Notes: generated by a model not told the origin, from the sequence alone. A DNA stretch of 64,000 bases from Bacillota bacterium (GCA_023395595.1 JAEWYO010000036.1:1852-65851); one strand, 5' to 3'. Positions 38,011 to 47,043 are shown, counted from the stretch's first letter. Made by a program: numbers and translations.

Positions 38011-38345
38011 GTAGTTCACGGTGTTTATCAAGGTGCGTTTGTGCTGTTGGGCCCTGATTTTTTTATATGCGAACAATGAGCCGTTTGTTTCTTCTGGCTA
38101 TATTATATGATACAGCAGTCCGAATCAAGAACTTTTTTACGCAAATCTGTATTCGATTGTTGTGCAAGTCGCCAAAAATGAGTGAATTCGTGTCAGGTTG
38201 GTTTCGATGTGTTGTGGTTGAGCCAGTCGGTAGATGATGTGAAAACAGAAACCGTTGTGTCGGGATTGGTTGATTGGTTTCGGCCTGCCGGGAGCATATG
38301 GATGCCCCCGGCGAAGCCTGTTACGTTGAAATATGCGTTATCTGA

Positions 38346-39146
38346 TTATACACCCTCGAAACCGTCGAATGCAACGACGCGAGAGATGCAGCTTTCGCCG
38401 TCTTTGAGCTTCCACGGGAAGATGCCGATCACGCAGCGTTTGTTGGAAAGTTGCTCGATCTCGCCGCCGAGGCACTCGGCATGGATCGCCTCATACGGCT
38501 GGCAGAAGAGCTCGATGTGCATCGCCTGATAGTGATCCGGCCACGGATAGACTTCTTCAAGCGTCTTCCCGTATTTCTTTTGGAAAATCGCGTCGCACTT
38601 CTTGGCTTCCATGGGTTCCCATTCGCGAATCTTCGTGTTCATCGGGTGATCCGCGCTGCCGCAGTCCACACCGATCCAGCTGATCTTCTTGTCGCGCACC
38701 CACTGGATGAAGTCCAGCGACGGGCCGGGATGGCGGAGCATATAGCGCCGCTCATCGGCCTTTGGGCTGTCCCAACCGTAGATGTGGTAGCCGGTGTTGA
38801 TAATCAGCACGTCGCCTTCCTTGACGGTTACGCGCTTTTCAATGTCCTGCGGGGTGTAGATGCCGAAATCCTCCGCCTGATCGCTCAAATCGACCACCAC
38901 GCCGGGACGGCAAAGGCGGGTCAACTCCAGAGAGGCGATGTCGCGTCCCGCAGTGTCAAAATGCAGCGGGCCGTCGAGATGGGTGCCGACGTGGTTGCTG
39001 TGCGTCAGCAGCTGTCCGTTTGCGCCGTTTGGCGTGAGACGCTTGAAAAACTTCATCGTCAGCGGCTCATACGTCGGCCATGCGGGCGTGTTGATGCCAA
39101 TCGGAATCGTGAGGTCATACATCTTGATATCAGACCATTTGCTCAT
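38346..39146 (-). CDS. Cyclase family protein (kynurenine formamidase / isatin hydrolase-type metal-dependent hydrolase)
   Basis: AGGAGG RBS. The family signature HSNHVGTHLDGPLHF (HxGTHxDxPxH) is present. Confidence 0.85.
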   Translation of the reverse strand: MSKWSDIKMYDLTIPIGINTPAWPTYEPLTMKFFKRLTPNGANGQLLTHSNHVGTHLDGPLHFDTAGRDIASLELTRLCRPGVVVDLSDQAEDFGIYTPQDIEKRVTVKEGDVLIINTGYHIYGWDSPKADERRYMLRHPGPSLDFIQWVRDKKISWIGVDCGSADHPMNTKIREWEPMEAKKCDAIFQKKYGKTLEEVYPWPDHYQAMHIELFCQPYEAIHAECLGGEIEQLSNKRCVIGIFPWKLKDGESCISRVVAFDGFEGV

Positions 39147-39213
39147 TGTGTTTGCCTCCTAAACTTATTTTCGTGTATCTGTTCTCGTTTTCACAAACGA
39201 AGTTGTGCGTTTG

Positions 39214-40638
39214 TTATGCCCAGGCTTCCGCGCAAGCCGCCAATGCCTGCTTGAAGCAGTCCTCCGGCGGATAGACAATGCCCGCACCTACCTGCCCCAC
39301 GCCGGGGTTTTTGTGCGCAATGCCCGTGTTGATCACGGGGCGGATGCCGGTTTCAATGACTTTTCGGATATCGACCCCCGTCGGGCTGCCGCGAAAATCC
39401 AGCGCGGGAATCTTATACGAGCGTCCCTCACCCACCGTGATTTCATACATGCGGGTGGAATAGTGAATCGAATCGCTGACCTGCCCGCCGACGAACTGAA
39501 CGATTGCCGGAGCCGCCGCCATGCAAAATCCGCCGATGCCCGCCGTCTCCGTGATGCAGCTGTCCCCCAGATCGCGCGCCGCGTCCGCCTCGCTGTAGCC
39601 GGGGAAATACAGCCCCTTGACCATCTCCGCCTCTGCCGAGAACCAGCGTTCTTTGCCAAGCCCCGCGATGCGGATGCCGAAATCCGTGCCGTTGCGGCAC
39701 ATCGTCGCAACCACGGTGCAATACGGAATATCAAAGATCGGGTCGAGTGTGCATTTCATCGCTGGCATGGAGATGTTCAGGAACGTGTGGTTGTTGCCGT
39801 TGATGAAGTTGAACGCCGCGACTTTTTGCGCCAGCGGGCGCTCGCAATTCATGATCGCGGGCACGAGTTCGCGCAGCAGAAGCGAGGTTCCCGCCTCGTT
39901 ACGGTTGTGCGCCTCGTCCCCCATCTGAAGGAGCTTTGCGATGAGCACCTTCACATCGATTTCGCCCTTGATTGTCAGGGCGTCTTTCAGCACGGGATAG
40001 AGTTCCTGCTCCATCCAGTTCAGACGCGCGAGTACTTCATTGTCATATGCGCCAAAGCGCAGCACTTTGCCCAAGCCTTCGTTGATCGTGCAATACGCGC
40101 GGTTGCCGAAGGTTTTGTTCTCTAGAATCCAGACCGGCATACGATAGGTCACAACGCCCGCCATCGGGCCGACCGCATCGTGCATATGGCATGGATCAAA
40201 CGTGATCTTCCCGCTTGCGGCGAGTGCTTCCGCCTCGGTTGCGTCCTTGGCGAGTCCTTCGTAGATCAGCCCGCCAAGCACCGCGCCGCGCTGCGGTCCG
40301 CTCATCCGCGCCCAAGTCACCGGCGGCCCCGCGTGGAGGATCGTGTGTTTCGTCATGCCGGGGATGACTTCCCCCGCGATGCCTAAGCCTACAATCGTCG
40401 GCTGCGCGGTGAGGATGCGCTCCAGCGCCTCCTTGTTTGCCGCGTCAATCTTTGCCGCAAGCGCAGGCTGCTTGAGTTTGCGCAGGTTGGCTGCCGCCGC
40501 TTTGTCCCCGCCTGCGACGGGCTTCCAGTCCACATGCACCGCGTCTACCTTCTGGCTGACAAGATCGTCATAAAACGACTCGATGCCGAAGTTCACCACA
40601 TGCAATTTTTGTTCAAACAACGCATTCAATTTCGACAT
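39214..40638 (-). CDS. DUF1116 protein (YlbE-like)
   Basis: ATG 40638 lies 4 nt after the fdrA stop, with AGGAGGG embedded in the end of fdrA. The product begins MSKLNALFEQKLHVVNFGIESF, similar to YlbE-type proteins. The ORF-track extension to 40884 overlaps fdrA. Confidence 0.8.
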   Translation of the reverse strand: MSKLNALFEQKLHVVNFGIESFYDDLVSQKVDAVHVDWKPVAGGDKAAAANLRKLKQPALAAKIDAANKEALERILTAQPTIVGLGIAGEVIPGMTKHTILHAGPPVTWARMSGPQRGAVLGGLIYEGLAKDATEAEALAASGKITFDPCHMHDAVGPMAGVVTYRMPVWILENKTFGNRAYCTINEGLGKVLRFGAYDNEVLARLNWMEQELYPVLKDALTIKGEIDVKVLIAKLLQMGDEAHNRNEAGTSLLLRELVPAIMNCERPLAQKVAAFNFINGNNHTFLNISMPAMKCTLDPIFDIPYCTVVATMCRNGTDFGIRIAGLGKERWFSAEAEMVKGLYFPGYSEADAARDLGDSCITETAGIGGFCMAAAPAIVQFVGGQVSDSIHYSTRMYEITVGEGRSYKIPALDFRGSPTGVDIRKVIETGIRPVINTGIAHKNPGVGQVGAGIVYPPEDCFKQALAACAEAWA

Positions 40639-40639
40639 G

Positions 40640-42211
40640 TTATCCCTCCTGACGCAGGTTCGCGAGGATGCGGGAGACAAAGCGCGTTGCCTGCGCGTTG
40701 CTCGGCAGCACGACAGCGCCCGCGTCGGCAAGCTGCTGTTGGGTGCGGCTGAGGCTCTGCGGGTCGCCTTCCGTTCCGCAGACCGCGCAGACGCAGCAAA
40801 GGGATCTGCCCGCGCGCGCCGCTTCGTCCTTTGCCGTCCGAATTGCGGCGGCGAGGTCTTCCGCCGGGTTGGGATGCGAACCAAAGCCGATCACGCAGTC
40901 GGTCATGATCACGGCGCAGGACGGGTCTTTCGCGTCCGTGATCACGCGCTCGGCGCGCAGGCTCGGGTCGATCATCGGGTGCGGACGGCCGACGGTAAAC
41001 GCATCGTCCCCAAAGTCGAGGAAGGTGTGTTCGCGGCTTAGCCCGCCCTTCGGGTCTTCCAGTGCGTCCGCCGGATTGAGCGGAATGTTGCTATAGATGT
41101 GCCCGAGATTCGCAATCATGAGCTTCATCGCCTCGTCGCAGAGCGTGCCGCCGGTATAAAACCCGCGCACATAGCGCTGTCCTTTGACAAACTCGGATGC
41201 GATCCGCTTTGCCATCGCTTCCGCCTTTGCTTCGCCCATCGTGAATCCCGCATAGTCCACCGGCGTTTCGCCGCGGCTGAGCGCAACGGCTTTGTGCGCC
41301 GCGTCCTCCAGCGAGACAGCGGCAACCAGCCCAAAGGATTCAATCTCGCCTCGGTCTCCGCCGATGAAGCAGACCACCGTGGGTTTGCCCGTCTTGGCGG
41401 CAAGCGCAAGCATTTCACTCGCGATCTCTTTTGCCGGAGGCTTGCTGATGAGTGTGATGACCTTTGTCTTCGGGTCGTTTTTCAGCGCGTCCAGCCCCAG
41501 CTTCATCATCAGCCCGCCGATGTCCTTCTTGAGGTCGCGTCCGCCGGTACCAATCACCTGGCTCACGCCGGAACCCAGCTGGTCGATGATGCTCGAAACC
41601 TCCTGCGTGCCCGTGCCGCTGGCAGCGACGATGCCGATATCCCCGCTTCTCACCACGTTTGCAAACGCGAGCGGCACATGGTTGATGATTGCGGTACCGC
41701 AGTCCGGCCCCATCATCAAAAGCTCGTGTTCATAGGCGTAGGTCTTGAGCGCTTTTTCTTCTTCGATGGTCACGTTGTCCGAAAACAACATGACGTTGAT
41801 GCCGTTGTCGAGGCAGCTCTGTGCAACGTCCGCGGCATGCCTGCCGGGCACGGAGATGACCGCCATGTTCAGGTCGGGATCGATCTTGATTGCGCCATCC
41901 AGCGTCGGCGGCGCATAGGCAGCGGCTTTACTCTCCGCTTTTTTGTTCAGCAGTTCTTCCGTCTTGTTCAGCACAGCGGAAAACGCGCTTTCGCTTTCGC
42001 AAGAGACAGCGACGAAAAAATCGTTTGTGGAGACATTTGCGTCCAGTTCCGGCGTGGCAACACCGATGTTGTGCGCAATCTCCTTATTCAGATCCGACCC
42101 CATGCCAACCAGCGCCTCGTGTACGCCTTCAAGCTTTTTGAGCTCTTTTGAGATCAGCATCAGGGTAACGGAGTCATAGTATGCGTTTTTTTTGATTTGT
42201 AATTGTATCAT
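40640..42211 (-). CDS. fdrA: FdrA family protein (succinyl-CoA synthetase alpha-like, acyl-CoA synthetase-type)
   Basis: The product begins MIQLQIKKNAYYDSVTLMLIS. CoA-ligase-like motifs are present (GIVAASGTGTQE, GPDCGTAII). Confidence 0.85.
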   Translation of the reverse strand: MIQLQIKKNAYYDSVTLMLISKELKKLEGVHEALVGMGSDLNKEIAHNIGVATPELDANVSTNDFFVAVSCESESAFSAVLNKTEELLNKKAESKAAAYAPPTLDGAIKIDPDLNMAVISVPGRHAADVAQSCLDNGINVMLFSDNVTIEEEKALKTYAYEHELLMMGPDCGTAIINHVPLAFANVVRSGDIGIVAASGTGTQEVSSIIDQLGSGVSQVIGTGGRDLKKDIGGLMMKLGLDALKNDPKTKVITLISKPPAKEIASEMLALAAKTGKPTVVCFIGGDRGEIESFGLVAAVSLEDAAHKAVALSRGETPVDYAGFTMGEAKAEAMAKRIASEFVKGQRYVRGFYTGGTLCDEAMKLMIANLGHIYSNIPLNPADALEDPKGGLSREHTFLDFGDDAFTVGRPHPMIDPSLRAERVITDAKDPSCAVIMTDCVIGFGSHPNPAEDLAAAIRTAKDEAARAGRSLCCVCAVCGTEGDPQSLSRTQQQLADAGAVVLPSNAQATRFVSRILANLRQEG

Positions 42212-42227
42212 GATACACTCCTTCCGA

Positions 42228-43169
42228 TCAGACCGTGCATCTCGGAATCAACGTTGTTCGTTTGAAGTTCCAGCATGATCCTGTATGATCCTCTGCATTA
42301 TGCTGCCGCAGCGCGAACACCACCCCCGTGAGCATGTCCGCGCCGGACGTGGAGCCAATGTCGCGCACGCGCCGGATTGCCCCGCGCGTTTTTGCGTCAT
42401 CCCCTGTCGAAAAAGATGCGTCCAATAGATCCCATAGCGCGCTGTTCGCCAGCGCCTGCCCGCTCTGGAGCAAAAATGTTCCGCTGATGCGGTTGGTCTT
42501 CTCCGCTGCCGCCCGCGCCATCGCGTCGATTTTCGCCTGTGTTCCCGGTTCGTTCGCCGCACGAAGCAGCAGATGCAGGGTGAGGAAATACCCGCTGAGT
42601 AAATCGTCCGACGATGGAGTCAGCCCCATGCCGCAGCCCGCGCAGTCCCCCGCCGCCTCGGCGGCTTTGTCCCATTCTCCCGCCGAAACCATCATGAAAA
42701 AGCGGCTCAGTCTCGGCGCAAGAAAGCGCGTATAGGTGTTTTCCCCGCCGCCCGTGACGAGCGGGGCAAGGCTATTTTCCGCGTCCGCATCAACAAGAGA
42801 TTCCGTGATGGATTCTGCAAGTACATCTTTTGCCGCAGACACGTTGTGCAAAAGAATGGAATCCACACTCAGGTCAACCGGCTTTGCACAGCAGAGATCA
42901 ATTGTTACCCCAGCAGCGGGAATACGAAAACCCCCGTCCTGCAAATACGCCGCCATGCCCGCGCGGACACCCGTTTGGGCAAACGGGGCGTTCGTCCGCA
43001 CGAGCACGGCATATGGCGTTAGGGCCTTGTGTTCCGCAATCAGCCCGATCAGCCCATCGTGTCCCAGTTCCAGATTCACCGCGTGGTCAAACACGGAATG
43101 TACCGTGCCGACAAGCGGTTTTTCTTTTGAGAGGGACAGCAGACGCTGACAAGCGGCAATTGCGTGCAT
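42228..43169 (-). CDS. DUF2877 protein (YlbF-like)
   Basis: It lies 4 nt after the upstream stop, with a GGAG RBS. The N-terminus (VGTVHSVFDHAVNLELGHDGLIGL) resembles DUF2877 as I recall it. It occupies the position between the DUF35 gene and fdrA. Confidence 0.65.
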   Translation of the reverse strand: MHAIAACQRLLSLSKEKPLVGTVHSVFDHAVNLELGHDGLIGLIAEHKALTPYAVLVRTNAPFAQTGVRAGMAAYLQDGGFRIPAAGVTIDLCCAKPVDLSVDSILLHNVSAAKDVLAESITESLVDADAENSLAPLVTGGGENTYTRFLAPRLSRFFMMVSAGEWDKAAEAAGDCAGCGMGLTPSSDDLLSGYFLTLHLLLRAANEPGTQAKIDAMARAAAEKTNRISGTFLLQSGQALANSALWDLLDASFSTGDDAKTRGAIRRVRDIGSTSGADMLTGVVFALRQHNAEDHTGSCWNFKRTTLIPRCTV

Positions 43170-43173
43170 TGCG

Positions 43174-43542
43174 TTACTCCGGCTTTACAAACACGAAGCC
43201 GGTTTCTTCGCAGTCGATGCTTTCCTTATATAGGATACGGCGCGTGCGCACCACGCCGACGGTCGCGAGCAGCTCCATGCCGCTCTCGATTCCGTCGTCA
43301 AAGCCGATTTGTCCCGTTGCGCGCACACCGTTTTCAAACTCGACCACGCCGAAATGGAGCCACGGCTGCATATAGCCTTCGGGCAGGTTGTAGACCCGCG
43401 TCCATGTCAGCAGTTTGCATTTGCCGCCGAGCGGTTCTTCGGTGAACTCGCGGCCGTCGCAGTCCGGATTCTGGCACACGACGTAGCGGGGATGGTGCAG
43501 TTTTCCGCATTTGGTGCATTTGTAGGCGTACATCTGTTCCAT
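43174..43542 (-). CDS. Zn-ribbon / OB-fold protein (DUF35 family)
   Basis: GGAGGG RBS. The rubredoxin-like CTKCGK...CQNPDC is followed by an OB-fold segment (GKCKLLTWTRVY...). Confidence 0.8.
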   Translation of the reverse strand: MEQMYAYKCTKCGKLHHPRYVVCQNPDCDGREFTEEPLGGKCKLLTWTRVYNLPEGYMQPWLHFGVVEFENGVRATGQIGFDDGIESGMELLATVGVVRTRRILYKESIDCEETGFVFVKPE

Positions 43543-43556
43543 AATGATTCCCTCCT

Positions 43557-44753
43557 CTACTTCGTGGTCACAATCGTTGCCACGACGTTGTTGCCAAAGC
43601 CGCCGAAGTTCACGGCAAGCCCGGTCTTCGCGCCCTCGACCTGCCGCCCTTCCGCTTCCCCGCGGAGCTGACGCACGAGCTCGATGATCTGCGAAACACC
43701 GGTTGCGCCCAGCGGATGGCCTTTTGCCTTCAACCCGCCGGAGGTGTTGATCGGCAGTTTGCCGCCGATCTTCGTGTCCCCGTTGCGCGCGGCAATGTGC
43801 CCCTGTCCGCGCGGGAAGAGGCCGGTTTCCTCGCTCTCCTCGATTTCGAGGATCTGGAATGCGTCGTGCAGTTCGGCTACGTCGATGTCTTCGGGCTTCA
43901 TGCCCGCCATCTTGTAGGCCTTCTCGGCGCTGAGGCGAACGGCCAATAGGTCACTCGGATTTTCGCGGTTTGCAACCACGTGGGTGTCCGTTGCGGAGGC
44001 GATACCCGCAATCCGTACAAACGGTTTGCTGCCAAAGCCCAGCGCGTCCTGTTTGTCTTTTGCGACCAGCAGCACGGCAGCCGCGCCATCCGAAACGGGG
44101 CACATATCAAACTGCCGCAGCGGGTCGGCGACGATTGGATTTGTCGCGTTGATGTATGCGGGGTTTGTGATGCGCTCCAGCACCACCGGGCGCTGAATGT
44201 GCGCCACGGGGTTGTGGCAGGCGTTGTCGTGGTTCTTGACCGAGACGATGGAAAGATCTTTGCTCTCCACGCCGAAGCGATCCATGCAAAGCCGCGTAAA
44301 CATACCCGCAAACGACGGCAGCGTAAGGCCATATTTGTATTCTGCCGTGGGATGCAGCATGGTCGCGACAAAGTCGGTGCCTTCCCAGCCGGAGACCTCG
44401 CGCATTGCCTCGCCACCGATGACCAGAACGCAGTCGCACATGCCGGAGGCGATTGCCATCACGCCGAGTTTTACGGCGGAGGCGCCCGAAGCCGGCCCGT
44501 TTTCGATGGTCTCCGCCATCGCCGGACGGATATTGAGCGTGTCTACCACCGCGCTGGCGGCGCCCGAGACGCGGTTGACCATGCCCGCGCCCATGGAGGC
44601 GACAAACACCTGATCGATCACGTTCCTGCGCCCGGTCTTTGCGCCCGCGTCGTCCATGGCAAGCAGCGCCGCTTCACAGAGCATATCCAGAAACGAGCCG
44701 TTTGTTTTTCCGAATTTGGTATGGCCAACGCCAACGATTCCTACCTGTCTCAT
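43557..44753 (-). CDS. Thiolase-like (SCP-x / non-canonical thiolase) protein
   Basis: The product begins MRQVGIVGVGHTKFGK and shows the thiolase fold with C-terminal motifs (NTSGGLKAKGHPLGATG). It lies immediately upstream of its DUF35 partner. Confidence 0.85.
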   Translation of the reverse strand: MRQVGIVGVGHTKFGKTNGSFLDMLCEAALLAMDDAGAKTGRRNVIDQVFVASMGAGMVNRVSGAASAVVDTLNIRPAMAETIENGPASGASAVKLGVMAIASGMCDCVLVIGGEAMREVSGWEGTDFVATMLHPTAEYKYGLTLPSFAGMFTRLCMDRFGVESKDLSIVSVKNHDNACHNPVAHIQRPVVLERITNPAYINATNPIVADPLRQFDMCPVSDGAAAVLLVAKDKQDALGFGSKPFVRIAGIASATDTHVVANRENPSDLLAVRLSAEKAYKMAGMKPEDIDVAELHDAFQILEIEESEETGLFPRGQGHIAARNGDTKIGGKLPINTSGGLKAKGHPLGATGVSQIIELVRQLRGEAEGRQVEGAKTGLAVNFGGFGNNVVATIVTTK

Positions 44754-44825
44754 TGCCTTCTTCCTTTCTTCCTTCACGCAGCGCGGGCGCACTTCTTCCG
44801 CGCCCTGCGCAAACCTGCCGAAGCG

Positions 44826-45497
44826 TCAGACGCTGATCTTGGCGGGCATGTGCACCACTTTGTTTGCTTCAATGACATCTTCAAACGCCGGACGGATGCC
44901 GACATTCTTGTTCGCCTTGTGTTTTTCCCAGAGTGCGCGCGTGAGCACAAACGTCGGCACGCCGCCGAGTTCGTGCGGGCTTTGCGGACGGGATTCAAGC
45001 TCATATTCGATCATCCAGCGCTTAAAGCCGTTCGGGCTTTCCGCAACGATCCAAACTTCGTCTTGATTCATAAAGTCGAAGTGATATTCCATCTTGGCGG
45101 CAAAGAGCTGTGCGCCAACGCGCGCGCCGCGCTTGAGGGTCATGGTGTGATAGCTCATGCCGATCTTTTCGTTGACCATGCGGCCGTTGACGATGCCGGC
45201 GATTTCGCCATCGATTGCGCCGATGAGCAGATATTCATCCTGCACGCGATAGCGCAGCATACCAAGCAGCTCTGCCACGATGCGCGCGGAGACGATGTCG
45301 TAGAAATCCTTCTGGTGGTCGAGCAGCACCTTGATGCCGTCGATGACCATCTCGGTCTCTTCCCGCGTCGCGGTGCGTACCAGCATATCTTCGCCCGTGG
45401 TCAGCGGAATCACCTTCGCCTCGTAGGGTTTGAGCCCGATTGTCGGCGGACGCAGTTTGGCTTCCATTTCGTCAACGAGAATATCATACTTACCCAT
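44826..45497 (-). CDS. Hypothetical protein, first gene of the operon (possibly an acyl-CoA N-acyltransferase-like fold)
   Basis: ATG 45497 lies 8 nt after GGAGG. The 223-aa product is non-repetitive. I recognised no diagnostic motif. The fold suggestion is weak. Confidence 0.5.
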   Translation of the reverse strand: MGKYDILVDEMEAKLRPPTIGLKPYEAKVIPLTTGEDMLVRTATREETEMVIDGIKVLLDHQKDFYDIVSARIVAELLGMLRYRVQDEYLLIGAIDGEIAGIVNGRMVNEKIGMSYHTMTLKRGARVGAQLFAAKMEYHFDFMNQDEVWIVAESPNGFKRWMIEYELESRPQSPHELGGVPTFVLTRALWEKHKANKNVGIRPAFEDVIEANKVVHMPAKISV

Positions 45498-45889
45498 GAG
45501 ATTTGCCTCCTTCAATTTTGTAAAAGAAATGTGATAGAAAGGATGGGTGGGAATTACAAGTTCATTTTAGCGTCGTTATGAAGCCTTGTCCAGTATTTCT
45601 TGCAAATATATTGTTTTTCACGCCGTCCCTGCCTGGTTTGCCGCGTACTTCTGCAGTAGCGCTATAAAGCGTCCGTCATCTTGCAGGAAATGCTGTAATT
45701 TAACCGTTTTGTTGGGGATAATTGGCTCTGATGATCGTATTTTGTTCGGTAGTATTTCCGAATTACACGCCGAATTTCATCTTTTATAGTCGGTAAAGCG
45801 GGAAAACGCATGAAAAGAAGCGATGTTTTATGCAGCCTATACCGATATTTCCTGCACGTTTTTCGAAATGTGATTTTCTTTGCGGAAAA

Positions 45890-45918
45890 TTGTGTTTTTC
45901 ACAAACGCGTAGTATACT
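45890..45918 (+). promoter_or_regulatory. Putative pfkA promoter
   Basis: TTGTGT, a 17-nt spacer, then TATACT. The -35 element is part of the palindrome TTGTG-ttttt-CACAA. Confidence 0.45.
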
Positions 45919-46053
45919 GTTAGAAAATAATGGGGTGGAATTTTGTTTTTTTCGAAAGCACGCATTTTCACCCGGCGATTTGCGGTTTTTACCAGTATTA
46001 CTACGGAACTTGATTCAGTCGGGTTCCGATTTTAGAAAAGAGGATCGCATCAC

Positions 46054-47028
46054 ATGGAAAACAAGATTCGCAGAGTCGGTATCCTCACCAGCGGCGGAGA
46101 CGCGCCAGGCATGAACGCCGCCATCCGCGCGGTTGTGCGCACATGCGTGCTGCACGGGGTTATCCCTGTCGGCATCCACCGCGGTTACAACGGACTCATT
46201 CATTCGGACGTGGTCGAGCTCGACGCGCGCGCCGTCAACGGCATCACCTCGCGCGGGGGCACGATTCTCTACACCGCCCGCAGCGAAGAATTCCGCACGG
46301 ACGAAGGCGTACAGCGCGCAGCGGAAAACTGCAAATACCTCGGCATCGACGGCGTGATTGCCATCGGCGGCGACGGCACCTTCCGCGGCGCAAGAGAGCT
46401 CTCCAAATACGGCATCAACACCATCGGCATCCCGGGCACGATTGACAACGACATCGCCTGCTCGCACTATTCCATCGGTTTTGATACCGCGGCAAACACC
46501 GCAATCGACGCCATCGACAAGCTTTCGGACACGATGCAGAGCCACCAGCGCACCAGCGTGGTCGAGATCATGGGCAGAAACGCGGGTCACCTCGCGGTCT
46601 ATGTCGGTATCTCGGTCGGTGCCACGGCGATCATCCTGCCGGAGCGCCCGTTTGACTTCGAGCGCGACGTGGTGGAAAACATCCGCGAAGGGCAATATCG
46701 CGGCAAGCACCATCACCTCATCATCGTTGCCGAGGGCACGAACAGCACCAACGAGATCGCGCAGCGCTGCCGCGACGAGCTGGGTCTGGATACGCGCGTG
46801 ACGATCATCGGGCACGTGCAGCGCGGCGGAAGCCCGTCCGCGCGCGACCGTGTGATGGCAACGCGCATGGGGCACCGCGCGGTGGAGGAAATCCTCGCCG
46901 GCGGCACCAACCTGATCGTGTGCTATCGAAACAGCCAGATTACGACCATGCCCATCGACGAGGCGCTGACCATGACCAAAGACCTCGACGAGTATATGTA
47001 TCGCGTCGCGACTGAAATCACGATCTGA
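46054..47028 (+). CDS. pfkA: ATP-dependent 6-phosphofructokinase
   Basis: VGILTSGGDAPGMNAAIR, IGGDGTFRGA and PGTIDNDI motifs are present. Confidence 0.95.
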   Translation: MENKIRRVGILTSGGDAPGMNAAIRAVVRTCVLHGVIPVGIHRGYNGLIHSDVVELDARAVNGITSRGGTILYTARSEEFRTDEGVQRAAENCKYLGIDGVIAIGGDGTFRGARELSKYGINTIGIPGTIDNDIACSHYSIGFDTAANTAIDAIDKLSDTMQSHQRTSVVEIMGRNAGHLAVYVGISVGATAIILPERPFDFERDVVENIREGQYRGKHHHLIIVAEGTNSTNEIAQRCRDELGLDTRVTIIGHVQRGGSPSARDRVMATRMGHRAVEEILAGGTNLIVCYRNSQITTMPIDEALTMTKDLDEYMYRVATEITI

Positions 47029-47043
47029 AGCACGTTTCTTCCG

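Noticed and set aside
37575-38345. The gap upstream of the permease considered as a known riboswitch (purine, preQ1-I, c-di-GMP-I, ykkC/PRPP) or a PyrR attenuator.
   Set aside because: By eye, the conserved cores are absent: the purine junctions, the preQ1 loop and A-tail geometry, the spacing of the GGCAAACC/ACGCAAAGC motifs, and the PyrR ARUCCAGAGAGG loop. Only partial look-alikes occur (catataaaaaaatcaggg; ggcaaaccggtgcgcaaacc). The region needs an Infernal scan before any class is assigned. The 107-aa ORF at 37617-37940 in the gap has no RBS and an Arg-rich product.
40639-40884. N-terminal extension of the DUF1116 ORF (ORF-track start 40884). Similar extensions occur at 5444-5551 (GT2), 18211-18399 (giant protein), 25698-25823 (fumarase alpha), 26563-26667 (fumarase beta), 31501-31647 (rex) and 32379-32492 (adh).
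   Set aside because: The extensions overlap the preceding gene or AT-rich leaders, encode Arg/Ser-rich or otherwise non-homologous sequence, and lack an RBS. In each case an internal start with a GGAGG-type site matches the expected family N-terminus.
43980-45581. A 533-aa plus-strand ORF opposite the thiolase-like gene and the lead gene. A 537-aa minus-strand ORF at 46015-47628 opposite pfkA is similar.
   Set aside because: Both are antisense to genes with strong family motifs, have Arg/His-rich low-complexity products, and lack ribosome binding sites.
45886-45905. The palindrome TTGTG-ttttt-CACAA at the pfkA promoter considered as a Rex or CRP/FNR site.
   Set aside because: The half-sites are separated by 5 nt. 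Rex (TTGTGAA-N4-TTCACAA) and CRP/FNR (TGTGA-N6-TCACA) sites put 8 nt between the TGTG and CACA cores.
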